From an uncultured Chthonomonadaceae bacterium (GTDB lineage Bacteria > Armatimonadota > Chthonomonadetes > Chthonomonadales > Chthonomonadaceae): 64,000 bases of DNA. A model generated the notes under the pieces. That model saw nothing but the letters and a program-made list of their open reading frames with translations. It made no database searches and had not been told where the DNA came from. Location: assembly GCA_963835065.1 (NCBI GenBank), contig CAWIEK010000045.1, positions 32,001 through 96,000 of the forward strand. Direction: 5' to 3'. This document shows positions 10,886-22,357 of the stretch, in pieces (the first letter of the stretch is position 1; each line of letters opens with the position of its first letter). The translations under genes were made by a program, and so were the position numbers.

Positions 10886-11770
10886 ATGTTCGTTCGCAAT
10901 TCACTGGCCGCTTTACTGGCGGCGGGACTGTTCCTGACGACAATGACAACAATTCGCGCCGAAACCAAGATACCGGAAGAGTGCGCGTCCGGCGGCTGGT
11001 TCATCGGCTGCCAGGCGTGGACGTGGAACCACTTTACCGTGTTTGAGGCCATCGAGAAAACCGCGCAGGCGGGCGGCAAAATCATCGAGTTTTACCCCGG
11101 CCAGAAACTCAGCGCGGAAGAGCCGAACGTCTCGTGGGATCAGAACGCCAGCACGGAAACCATTCAAAAGGTGAAGGACAAACTGGCGCAGTTTCATATC
11201 ACAGCCGTCAACTACGGCGTTGTCGGCATTCCCAAAGACCCCGCCGGGGCGCGTAAACTGTTCGAGTTCGCCAAAGCGCTCGGCCTGCGCGCGATTACGA
11301 CGGAGTCCGTAGACGCCATTGACACGTTCGAGCCGTTGGTCAAGGAATTCGACATCATGGTTGCGTTCCACGATCATCCCAAACGCGCCAATGATCCGAA
11401 CTACAAGATGTGGGATCCGAATTACATTCTGTCCGTCGTGCATAATCGTGACAAGCGGATTGGAGCCTGCGCGGATACGGGGCATTGGGTGCGTTCGGGC
11501 GTGAAGCCCGTCGAGGCCCTGCGCATCCTCAAAGGCCACATCATCAGCAGCCATCTGAAAGACCTGAACGAAAACAGCCCCGGCGCGCACGACGTTCCTT
11601 ACGGCGAAGGCGTCAGCGACGTGCCGGCCATTCTGGACGAACTGAAGAAGCAGGGATTTGAGGGCAATATCTCCGTCGAGTACGAGTACCAGATGGATCG
11701 CTCCATGCCGATGGTCGCGCAGTGTATCGGGTTTGTGCGCGGCTATGGCAGCGCGAAGAACAAAAAGTAG
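10886..11770 (+). CDS. secreted sugar phosphate isomerase/epimerase (xylose isomerase-like TIM barrel)
   Basis: Signal peptide; CADTGHW, HLKD, SVEYE; GGAGG SD before ATG 10886. Confidence 0.88.
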   Translation: MFVRNSLAALLAAGLFLTTMTTIRAETKIPEECASGGWFIGCQAWTWNHFTVFEAIEKTAQAGGKIIEFYPGQKLSAEEPNVSWDQNASTETIQKVKDKLAQFHITAVNYGVVGIPKDPAGARKLFEFAKALGLRAITTESVDAIDTFEPLVKEFDIMVAFHDHPKRANDPNYKMWDPNYILSVVHNRDKRIGACADTGHWVRSGVKPVEALRILKGHIISSHLKDLNENSPGAHDVPYGEGVSDVPAILDELKKQGFEGNISVEYEYQMDRSMPMVAQCIGFVRGYGSAKNKK

Positions 11771-11953
11771 GGCAAAGGATATGTAACATTCAGCATAAGA
11801 GGTTTTATCTCCTTAGATATAGGTAAATTTTATGCGCAAGAGGCAAATTTCGTGCAACATTGCCGTTTTCCGGTAGATTTTGCGGGATTTATGCACTATA
11901 ATGAACACGAAATTACCACTTTGAAGAGCTATACCGTCGAAGGCTGAAGTTCC

Positions 11954-12496
11954 ATGCTTGACAAAAACCCCTTTGTGATACGGACGCTTGCCCGCCCGGC
12001 TGCGTCCGTATCCCCTTCCCTACTCATTTCCAACCTCAACCGCTCCAGCGACACCGCGCTGACAGTGGTTGGCTCCTCCTACCTGGTGGCGCAATGCTTT
12101 CGCGCGGATGAGAATGGCGGCGAATTACAAAGCGTTGTGATTACGCTCGCTTCCAATCGCGGCAGCGCGTGTCTTGACCTGTATTCCAACTCTTTGGGCA
12201 AACCGGGAAAACAACTGGCGCGGCTGGGTCATTCCGGGCGATTAACGACCAGTCCTGCCAACATCGCGTTTGTGCCGGATACGAGCGTAACGCTGGAACC
12301 GGACACCGCCTACTGGCTTGTGCTGCGCTCCCTGGATGAAAGCGTCAGTTGGTGGAAGACGTTCGCCACCAAAACCATCGGTTCCGGCTGCATCCCCGCG
12401 CCCGCTTCCGGGGCATGCAGCTTTAACGCCGGCGTCACCTGGAACACGCATCCCCTGTCCAGCGGCCCGCAACGCTTTGAAGTTCATCTGCGCTGA
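11954..12496 (+). CDS. choice-of-anchor R-like beta-sandwich domain protein
   Basis: SNL...AQCF...LYSNSLGKPGKQLARL...TLEPDTAYWLVL pattern; no sorting signal. Confidence 0.55.
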   Translation: MLDKNPFVIRTLARPAASVSPSLLISNLNRSSDTALTVVGSSYLVAQCFRADENGGELQSVVITLASNRGSACLDLYSNSLGKPGKQLARLGHSGRLTTSPANIAFVPDTSVTLEPDTAYWLVLRSLDESVSWWKTFATKTIGSGCIPAPASGACSFNAGVTWNTHPLSSGPQRFEVHLR

Positions 12497-12513
12497 CAGA
12501 AAAAATATAACGG

Positions 12514-12550
12514 CAGCCTCCTTCCCAAGTTGGAAGGAGGCTGGCTTTGT
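12514..12550 (+). terminator. intrinsic terminator between convergent genes
   Basis: cagcctccttcc / ggaaggaggctg 12-bp stem followed by T-rich tract. Confidence 0.7.
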
Positions 12551-12621
12551 CTTGAACCATGAGGGATACCTCTCCTCAATCATAATAATCCTAAAATCCT
12601 GAAAATCATGGTTCAAGACAA
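12547..12621. repeat. small inverted-repeat element, copy A (ends TTGTCTTGAACCATGA)
   Basis: 16-bp perfect terminal IR shared with 43820-43966 and 47651-47813. Confidence 0.75.
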
Positions 12622-12638
12622 GAATTTCATTATTCCGG

Positions 12639-14172
12639 CTAGTTCCCCGCTCCACCTGACGGCGGACGCGCCCCGCCGCCTGTTGTCACCGTAACCGGGC
12701 CGAACTTTTTCAAGCCTTCCTCGATCTGCGCCCGCTCACCGACGGCTACCAGTTGGATTTTGTTGTCACCGAGATACTTTTTCGCCACGCGCTGCACATC
12801 AGCAGGCGTGACAGCCGCAATCAGAGCCGGATAGTTGTCCCAATAGTCGCGGGGCAGGCCGTACTGCACCAGTTCCAGCGTCCGACCCAACACTCCCTCC
12901 GGGCTTTCCAGCGTGCGGGCGAAGCTGCCGATCAGGGCGCGTTTGGCGCGGGCGAGTTCGTCACTCGTCACGGGCTTGTCCTGTATGCGCTTGAACTCGT
13001 GGAAGAACTCTTTGACCGCGCCTTCCGTAACGGGAGTGCGGACGCTTGCGGTTGCCTGCCACAGCCCTGTCCAGCGCGGAGCCGTCAGACTGGAGTACGC
13101 GCCATACGTATAGCCCTTGTCTTCGCGCAGGTTCTGGAACAAGCGGGCGGATGCGCCGCCGCCCTAAAATGTGATTGGCGACGACGAGCGGAATGTAATC
13201 CGGGTCGGTGCGGCTGACGCCCGCGTTGGCAAACAGCAAATACGTTTGCGTGGACGCAGGACGGTCAATCAGATAGATGTGCGTTGTGTCTTTTGCCTTC
13301 ACATCCCCCGTCGGCAGGGTCGGCTCCTGCGCTCCCGGCTTCCAATCGGCTAAGGCGCGGGTAAAGTACGCGATCACGTCCTTTGCCTTGACATCTCCCG
13401 TCACGCCCAAGACCGCGCCGTTGGGATGGTAAAAGCCGTCGTAAAAAGCGCGTAAGTCTTCCGTTTTCAGGGCGCGGCGCTGCGTTGTCGTGGCAGGCTG
13501 ACGCGCAAACGGCGTACCCGCATAAAACAGGCGCTCCACCTGCCGCGCCGCCAGCGCGTTTGGACCGCCACCTCCACCGGGACCACCGGGACCACCGCCC
13601 CCACGCCTGCCGCCACCTCCACCGCCAAAGCCACCGCCGCCGCGCCCGTTCAAAGCGTTGTCCAGCCGATCCGAAGGGAACGTTGGATGCAGCAGTACGT
13701 CGGCTAGCAATTCTTGAAAAGCGTCCGCGTGGTCACTGGTTCCTCCAACCGTCAGGGTTGTGGTTTCCAAATTGGCGTTTGCCGACAAATTCGCGCCCCA
13801 ATCTTCCAGTGGCTGCGTAATGTCGGCAAACGAGCGCGACGTGGTTCCTTCCGTCAGCAGGGAAGCGGTCAGCTGCGCCAATCCGGGCTTGGGTTCCAGC
13901 AGGGTTCCGGCTTTCAGGGTCAGCGCCATACGGACGGTCGGCAGGTGATGGTTTTCCAGCACAAAAATGCGCAGGCCGTTGGGCAGCGTGGCTTCTACGG
14001 GGCGCGGCAGTTTCAATTGCAGCAGTTCGGAAGCGACGGGCGCTTTATTTTTCAAAATCGCGCGGCGTCCCGTATCGCCGCTCAGGTCTTCGCCCTCCTG
14101 CGCCCGCGCCACAAGCGACAGGCACAGCAAACCGGCGCACAATACTGGTATTTTCAAGAACGATTGGTTCAT
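12639..14172 (-). CDS. M16B (pitrilysin-family) peptidase, non-catalytic subunit; frameshift at ~13165
   Basis: TLPNGLRIFV; removing one G restores HILGGGASARLFQNLREDKGYTYG; no HXXEH. Confidence 0.85.
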
Positions 14173-14293
14173 GGCTTCACCACCTCCAGCCTAACAAGTT
14201 AATTTTCCATGCGCAGGTACGCCCTATCGTATGAAAGCTACCGCTCCATTCGCGTTCATTCGCGGCTGCTTCATACTTGACAGGAAAACTGAT

Positions 14294-15703
14294 TCAGGGA
14301 GCGCCTGCGGAACCGTCGCCGTCATCCGCAGGGGTTGTGGCGCGGCGGGCAGGCTTGCCAAGCACGATCAGCCGATGCTTTTCCACCAGATATTTTTGCG
14401 CCACGCGCTTTACATCCTCGGCGGTCACGGCTTCCAGATGCGGCAGCAGCGAATTGATGCGGCCCGGATCGTTATAAAACACGGTATCCTCGGCCAGCGT
14501 GTTGGCGCGGTTCAGGGACGTTTGCAGGCCGGACAGGGTTTGGGTCAGGGCGGACGCTTTGGCGCGGCGCAGTTCTTCGGCAGTGGGGCCGTCCGTCTGC
14601 ACCTTGCGGATCACGTCGGAGACCGCCGCTTCCACTTTTGACGGGTCGCCGTTTACGCCCATATTGAGGGCAAACGTGAACAGCGAGATGCCCCGCGACT
14701 CGCTGATGCGGGCGCTGGCGCTTTGCGCCAGATTGGTCGTGACAAGGGCTTCACGCAATCGGGACTGCCGCCCCTGATTAAGAACGCTGCTCAAAATGCG
14801 CAGGGCGTAATAATCGGGATGGTTGCCGGGCACGGTGGGAAACGCGATAGACAGGCGCGGCGTTCGCGCCAGTTTATCTTCCACCGTCTGCCGCTTTTCC
14901 GCCTGCAATTCCGGTTCGGAAACATCCAGCGCGGGCGGGTCAGGATGCTTTTCCAGTTTGCCGAAATACTGCTCTATTTTCGTTTTTGCCAGTCGCGGGT
15001 CGAAATCCCCGGCAACGGCAAGCACGGCATTGTTGGGCGCATAGTACGTCTTGTAAAACGCCTTGACATCCTCCAGCGTGGCCGCGTTCAGGTCGTCCAT
15101 GCTGCCGATGGTCGTATGCTTGTACGCGAAATTGGTATACGCCAGATCGAGCAGCGCGTCCTGAAATCCGCTGTACGGTTGATTGTCATACCGCTGACGG
15201 CGCTCTTCCTGCACCACAAGGCGCTGGTTATCCAGATTGTCCTTGTTGATGTCCAGCGCGCGCATCCGGTCGGCTTCCAGATACAGGGCAAGGTCGAGTT
15301 GGTTGGCGGGCAGAGTTTCAAAGAAGTTGGTGCGGTCAGCGTTCGTGGTTCCATTAAATGAGCCGCCGTTGTCATTGACAAGCACGAAATGCTCGCCCCT
15401 GCCGATGTTTTCGGAGCCTTGAAACATCAGATGCTCGAACAGGTGGGCAAAACCCGTCCGTCCGGGCCGTTCATTGCGCGAACCGACATCGTAGGTGACG
15501 CTGACGGCCACAACCGGCGCGCTTTTGTCGGGAGCGAGGACGACGCGCAGGCCGTTTTTCAGCTTGAACTGCGAAAACTTCACCTGCGGAATTTTGAGAT
15601 GGCGGGCATTGTCCGCGCTGTCCTGCGCCGCGCACATCACAGATGAAAACGCGCAGGAGCCAAACAACGCCGGGAGCAGCAGCAAACGGGATGATAGGCG
15701 CAT
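14294..15703 (-). CDS. M16B peptidase, catalytic subunit
   Basis: GRTGFAHLFEHLMFQGS (HXXEH), YYAPNNAVLAVAGD; signal peptide from ATG 15703. Confidence 0.93.
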   Translation of the reverse strand: MRLSSRLLLLPALFGSCAFSSVMCAAQDSADNARHLKIPQVKFSQFKLKNGLRVVLAPDKSAPVVAVSVTYDVGSRNERPGRTGFAHLFEHLMFQGSENIGRGEHFVLVNDNGGSFNGTTNADRTNFFETLPANQLDLALYLEADRMRALDINKDNLDNQRLVVQEERRQRYDNQPYSGFQDALLDLAYTNFAYKHTTIGSMDDLNAATLEDVKAFYKTYYAPNNAVLAVAGDFDPRLAKTKIEQYFGKLEKHPDPPALDVSEPELQAEKRQTVEDKLARTPRLSIAFPTVPGNHPDYYALRILSSVLNQGRQSRLREALVTTNLAQSASARISESRGISLFTFALNMGVNGDPSKVEAAVSDVIRKVQTDGPTAEELRRAKASALTQTLSGLQTSLNRANTLAEDTVFYNDPGRINSLLPHLEAVTAEDVKRVAQKYLVEKHRLIVLGKPARRATTPADDGDGSAGAP

Positions 15704-16034
15704 AGTTTCACTTCCGGTTAGATCAGGGTAAATGAGGATGGCAATGAGGCAACAACGATGTTCCAAAATGACAGACGACAGCCCATATATAAGGTTAGCA
15801 CAAAGACGCCGGATTTCAAACGGAAGAAAGTAGTAAAACGCAGGAAGGAAGAAACAGCAAGCAGTCCAAAGAGGAAAAAGAAAAACTGTCCGTAGAAGTT
15901 TGCAGAGCGTGGTCACGATAAACCCATGAAATTAATCACGGAGTTGCATTAGGTGTGTAAGCTCCAACGGTCAGGCTGCGGACAGTTATGAGAAATAGTA
16001 TGCGGCATCAACACCAGTTTGTCAAGCACGAACA

Positions 16035-16586
16035 TTATAACACACAAGGGCCTTCAATCAATGGCAGCAGATGCGCGGCTATTTTGGCGATGTTGCGGGC
16101 ATCATCTATGCCACGATGGTGGGTTCCCGATAGCGGGATGTTCAGCATTGCCAACGCGCCTCTCATGCCTGTCGGCTTGACGCTCTTCTGCCGCGAGAAC
16201 TCTTTCTTCAGGTTGATGTGGTTCTCGAACGAAGGCGGCAGTTCCATTTTGTGCCGTTCGCAATCCGTTCGGAACTGGTTCAGATCGTAAGCGCCCCACG
16301 AACACAGCCGAAACGGTTCTTCGCCAATCCAGTTGACGAACTGCGGAAACACGGCCCAGAAATAACCCGCCGCGTCTATATCTTCCTGCCGAATGGAAGT
16401 CAGCCGCGTACAAAACTCGCTCAACTGCGGCGAAGCAACCGGCTTGACAAACGCCGCAAACTCACGGCTGACTGTCCCCTCGCTCAACTCCAGCATCACC
16501 GCGCCGATTTCAATGATCTCCATTCGGCTCGGAGTTTGCCCCGTTTCCCAACAGGTTGCTTCCAAATCTACAATCACGTATCGCAT
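16035..16586 (-). CDS. DEDDh 3'-5' exonuclease, ERI-1/KapD-like
   Basis: VIVDLEATCWE, EIIEIGAV, LSEFCTRLTSI, SWGAYD, HHRGIDDARNI. Confidence 0.9.
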   Translation of the reverse strand: MRYVIVDLEATCWETGQTPSRMEIIEIGAVMLELSEGTVSREFAAFVKPVASPQLSEFCTRLTSIRQEDIDAAGYFWAVFPQFVNWIGEEPFRLCSWGAYDLNQFRTDCERHKMELPPSFENHINLKKEFSRQKSVKPTGMRGALAMLNIPLSGTHHRGIDDARNIAKIAAHLLPLIEGPCVL

Positions 16587-16598
16587 GACATATCCTTG

Positions 16599-17234
16599 CT
16601 AAAACGGACGAACGGCAAAGTCGCCAAGCGTGACGGTGTAACTGTTCTGCTCGTTTCGCGCCACGTAGCTGACGATGGTTTCTCCGGCTATGGCGACGGC
16701 AAGCCCGACGAGATTGCGGGCAAGCGGGTAATCGCAAACATCATCGTTGACATCGGAGGGAACGCGGTACGCGCTGTTCCAGATGATTTCGGCGTAATCG
16801 CCCGCAAGCCCGACGTGCAGGCACGGCAGATTGGCTTTTTCGCAGGCGTCTTTAACCGCCTGCCGAGAACCGCTGTTGTCGAACGTGTCTACCACCAGAC
16901 CGCTTCCCGCCAGCAGTTTGCCCGCATTGGCCGGCGTCAGTTCTTCGGCATAAGGCTCCACTTTCACGGCAAGGGCGCGGTACAGCGTATTCGCCAGAAT
17001 TTTCGCTTTGTGCGCGCCAATGTCCGAACGGTAAAACGGCTGCGTGGATAGGTTGCGCTCCTCCACTCGATCCCGGTCAATCACGCGCAAGCGCCCAAAC
17101 CCCTGCCGCGCCAAACTCTCCACAAGATTCGCCCCCAACGCCCCACCCCCGCAAACCGTAACAGGCAGATCCTTCATCCGCCGCATCACCTCTCCGCTGC
17201 GGTAAAGTTGTTCATGATAAAGCGCGTCATTCAT
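16599..17234 (-). CDS. ThiF/MoeB/E1-like adenylyltransferase
   Basis: CGGGALG nucleotide-binding loop, IDRDRVEERNLSTQ, KA, VDTFDN; no CxxC pairs; DDVCDYP is a candidate catalytic Cys. Confidence 0.9.
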   Translation of the reverse strand: MNDALYHEQLYRSGEVMRRMKDLPVTVCGGGALGANLVESLARQGFGRLRVIDRDRVEERNLSTQPFYRSDIGAHKAKILANTLYRALAVKVEPYAEELTPANAGKLLAGSGLVVDTFDNSGSRQAVKDACEKANLPCLHVGLAGDYAEIIWNSAYRVPSDVNDDVCDYPLARNLVGLAVAIAGETIVSYVARNEQNSYTVTLGDFAVRPF

Positions 17235-17281
17235 CCTTCATCCTTGTCTTTCATCACTCATCACTTATCACTCATCATTCA

Positions 17282-18208
17282 TCAATACTCTTCGTCGTCC
17301 CAATAGCCGGGTTCGCGCTTTTCAATCACGCCTACGAGCGATTGCAGGTCGAACTTTTGGTCTTCCCCGCTCAGGCAGATGCCGGAACTGATGACCGTCA
17401 AATCTTGTTTGCTGATGGCGGAATGGTGGGCTTTGCCGTCACCCGTTGTCCATGCCACCTGCCAGAACTCGCCCTTGTCCTCATAACTGCGCAGGTTGCC
17501 GCCCGCGCCCTGCAACGCGCCGCGCAAGCGTTCCTCATCCCGCCGCACACTCAGGCGGTCGTAAAGTTCCTTAACTTGGGGCGCGTTCGGGTTGTAACGT
17601 TCGCCCACCAGCGCGTTGAAGGCCGTATCACTTTGCAGCGACAGTTCATAGGTGGCGCGCATCTCCGGCGTCAGTCCCGCAAAGCGCAGCGTTTCTGATG
17701 CCTCAACGCGCATTAGCGATTCCTGCAAGGCTTCGGCAGGCGCGGGGTCAGCGCGGCGATCCAGTGTTTCAAACCACCACGTTCGCCCATCCCCGCGAAC
17801 AATCACCTGCTCGAAACTGCGCGCGGCCTCCACCAGATGTACCAGCAAAGGACGCGCGCTGCCTACCTTTTGCTTGGCATCCGACTCGTTGACGGGGTAC
17901 GCCAGCCAGCTTCGATGCTGCAGCCGATGCACCAGCCGAACGCGCAGGGGCAGCAGTTTCCTCAGATACTCCTCAATCAGCATCAAGTCTGCCGTTTCCG
18001 CCACATCCGCGTTGCGCTCATCGCGGGGGCGAAACAACCCCCATCCTTCAAAGTCGCGCGGGCGCGGCGTAAACGTCTGCACGAGTCCGGCAATGCGCGT
18101 CCGCGCGGTTCCCCCACGGACGCAAGGCGCAAGAAACGTGGTTTCTCGCGCCTTTGCTTCTTCGGAAGCCATTTGTTTTAATAGATTCTGAATGTTGAAA
18201 CGGCTCAT
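17282..18208 (-). CDS. hypothetical protein (308 aa) with C-terminal SGICLSG motif, possibly E2-like
   Basis: In operon directly upstream of ThiF; start ATG 18208; E2 likeness rests only on the motif and context. Confidence 0.7.
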   Translation of the reverse strand: MSRFNIQNLLKQMASEEAKARETTFLAPCVRGGTARTRIAGLVQTFTPRPRDFEGWGLFRPRDERNADVAETADLMLIEEYLRKLLPLRVRLVHRLQHRSWLAYPVNESDAKQKVGSARPLLVHLVEAARSFEQVIVRGDGRTWWFETLDRRADPAPAEALQESLMRVEASETLRFAGLTPEMRATYELSLQSDTAFNALVGERYNPNAPQVKELYDRLSVRRDEERLRGALQGAGGNLRSYEDKGEFWQVAWTTGDGKAHHSAISKQDLTVISSGICLSGEDQKFDLQSLVGVIEKREPGYWDDEEY

Positions 18209-18454
18209 AATCGTCTGTTCGCGCGCAAGTTTGAAAAGCAAAGCGCTGTCATGTCAGTTGGCTCCGCCGGGCTGCTGTTACGCGCTCATTAAAGGGTGGC
18301 TGCTTCTAAGCCTACCTGCCGGGTTCATCGCGTCCCTGCCACTTCGCGCCCGTCCACAAACCGACTGTCGCCACAGCCTATATGTGAACGGTACTGTTCC
18401 TCTCGTACTTGTGTATGTAGGCTTCTGCGGTTGGGGCGCGCGAACTGACGATTA
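18208..18454 (-). ncRNA. Y-RNA-like scaffold RNA 3 carrying 23S rRNA sarcin-ricin-loop and L11/GAC mimics
   Basis: 19-bp closing IR with one mismatch (18208-18226 / 18436-18454); shared scaffold motifs; AGUACGAGAGGAAC at 18396-18409; GGCUUAGAAGCAGCCACCCUUUAAUGAGCGCGUAACAGC within 18267-18323. Confidence 0.8.
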
Positions 18455-18524
18455 CGAGTTCCGTTACATCCTCTATCGCGCGCCTACCCCGTTTGCTAAA
18501 CGCATTGCTTCCAAAGCTCAATAC

Positions 18525-20101
<1,577 letters not shown>

Positions 20102-20107
20102 AAAGTC

Positions 20108-20234
20108 CTGCCTCGCATAAGTTCGGAAAGCTGTGGGTATACATAGGATTTGAACCTATAACAGTCTGGGTATCAACCAGATTGTCCTACCAATGGACAT
20201 GTATGTAAGCTTCCACAGTCAGGATGCGAGGCAG
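20108..20234 (-). ncRNA. Y-RNA-like scaffold RNA 2 with tRNA-Ile(GAU)-like cloverleaf
   Basis: 11-bp closing IR; D arm GUCC-AUUGGUA-GGAC; anticodon arm UCUGG-UUGAUAC-CCAGA; T arm AUAGG-UUCAAAU-CCUAU; 4-bp acceptor remnant, no terminal CCA. Confidence 0.8.
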
Positions 20235-20261
20235 AAGTGTCGTATGTGATTATAAAAGGGT

Positions 20262-20415
20262 TTTGTTCCGCGCAAGTTCCAAAAGCGGGTTTTCACTGGC
20301 GCTCTGCCACTGAGCTACAGCCGCCCAATGTATGCGGCTGACAGGATTCGAACCTGTGACTTCCCCATTAAGAGTGGAATGTGTGTACGCTTCTCGCGTC
20401 AGGGCGCGGAACAAA
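20262..20415 (-). ncRNA. YrlA-like scaffold RNA 1 with circularly permuted tRNA-Lys(CUU)-like domain
   Basis: 12-bp closing IR; order is anticodon arm UUCCA-CUCUUAA-UGGGG, AAGUC, T arm ACAGG-UUCGAAU-CCUGU, loop-closed acceptor stem CAGCCGC/GCGGCUG, UA, D arm GCUC-AGUGGCA-GAGC. Confidence 0.85.
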
Positions 20416-20449
20416 CTGTCAAATTTGAACTATTCTCAACCCTCAACTC

Positions 20450-20871
<422 letters not shown>

Positions 20872-20981
20872 AGAAACACTGTGGAATGTGCTATATGTTT
20901 GTAGAAAGTTATTGTCCCTTTGCCACAAAAAATCTTCAACGGTTTATCACAAAGTAACGACTTAGGTTAGCACTTAAATTC

Positions 20982-22256
20982 ATGGCAATTAAATTCGTAG
21001 CACCCTCTAATGCAGACGCCGTGAGCGATCCTAAAACGATCCGGCACTATTTCATGCTCGTTTTCACAGGCTATTTAGGGTTAATCCTGATTAGCCCAAA
21101 AAGCGGGTTGGGATTACTGCCTCTCCGTTTTCTTCTGAAAAACCAACTGCATGTTACTGCAAAGGACATGGCGTTATTCCTCGCGGTAGGCACGTTTGCG
21201 CTTTACCTCAAGCCCTTAGCCGGAATTTTCACAGACAGCATTTTGCTGTTTGGAACCAGACATCGGCATTACTTTCTTTTTAGCGCCGCAGGCATTGCCA
21301 TCTTGTGGCTTGTTTTAGGTCTGGTTCCCAAAACCTATCCTGCTCTGCTTTGCGCCACAATCGCTTTGACCCTCTGCTGGACGGTGGCACAGACGACACT
21401 TGGCGGACTGGCTGTTGAAATCGGGAAAGAGCATGGCATACCGGGAAGGTTGGCCTCATTGCGGGAAGGTGCGGCAGCACTTACCATTTTGGTACGAGGG
21501 CCTGTTGGAGGCTTTCTCGCAACGCAAGCCTTTATTCTTTGCGCGTTTGTAAACGGCGCTCTCACTGCTTTACTGGCTCTGCTCTTCTTTTTCTGGTTAC
21601 AGGAAGCGCCCGGTGACCAAAATTATGAAGGAGCCTGGAACAGTGTGCGCGAACAATTCGGGCTTCTGTTTCAATCCCGCACCATGTGGGTTGCGACAGG
21701 CTTATATTGCTTGGTGTGTTTCAATCCGGCCTCGCATACCCCTTTGTTTTATTATCAATCAGAGAAACTTAAGTTCACGCCTGAGTTTATCGGCAAGCTT
21801 GGAGTTATCAATGGCGCTTTAGATTTAACCGGCGCGATCCTTTATGCGTTTGCCTGTAAACGTCTGCGCCTCCAAACATTATTAACCATAGGTATCTGTA
21901 TCAACACGCTCTCAGCCCTGCTGTACCTCGCTTATCGCTCTCATAATTCGGCGATGGTTCTCGAAGGAGCCGAGGGACTGGGATTTGGTTTGGCAACACT
22001 CCCACTCCTCGATTTACTGGCCCGCGCAACGCCGAAATATTGTGAGGCATTCGGCTATGCTCTGATGTTCAGTTTGGGATATGCGTCTGTTGCGCTCTCC
22101 GACGTGGTTGGCTCATGGGTGTTCGACCACTATCATCATAATTTCTCGCTGTTAATCTGGCTGAACGCCGGAACGACCGCTTTAGTCTTCCTGGCAGTTC
22201 CCTTCCTGCCGCGCGCCGTGATCAGGTGGCGGGATGGCGAAAGTATGCCTGACTGA
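20982..22256 (+). CDS. MFS transporter, folate-biopterin (BT1)-like
   Basis: LKPLAGIFTDSILLFGTRHRHY, PLFYYQ, ARATPK..EAFGYAL; about 12 TM. Confidence 0.8.
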   Translation: MAIKFVAPSNADAVSDPKTIRHYFMLVFTGYLGLILISPKSGLGLLPLRFLLKNQLHVTAKDMALFLAVGTFALYLKPLAGIFTDSILLFGTRHRHYFLFSAAGIAILWLVLGLVPKTYPALLCATIALTLCWTVAQTTLGGLAVEIGKEHGIPGRLASLREGAAALTILVRGPVGGFLATQAFILCAFVNGALTALLALLFFFWLQEAPGDQNYEGAWNSVREQFGLLFQSRTMWVATGLYCLVCFNPASHTPLFYYQSEKLKFTPEFIGKLGVINGALDLTGAILYAFACKRLRLQTLLTIGICINTLSALLYLAYRSHNSAMVLEGAEGLGFGLATLPLLDLLARATPKYCEAFGYALMFSLGYASVALSDVVGSWVFDHYHHNFSLLIWLNAGTTALVFLAVPFLPRAVIRWRDGESMPD

Positions 22257-22357
22257 AAGGCATAAGCATCAACATAGAACCACCCATATTGTAGGATGCG
22301 GACGGCAGTTCATGCCGCTCATTTGTACCTGTTGGTCATTTTATCGGAGGAACACGG

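Noticed and set aside
18267..18409. Degraded or misassembled 23S rRNA gene
   Set aside because: Only two short non-contiguous 23S motifs, in reverse order relative to 23S, framed by the same scaffold as the tRNA mimics; a read-level check is still advisable
20108..20415. Two ordinary tRNA genes
   Set aside because: One is permuted with a loop-closed acceptor stem, the other has a 4-bp acceptor and no CCA end; both sit inside the shared scaffold
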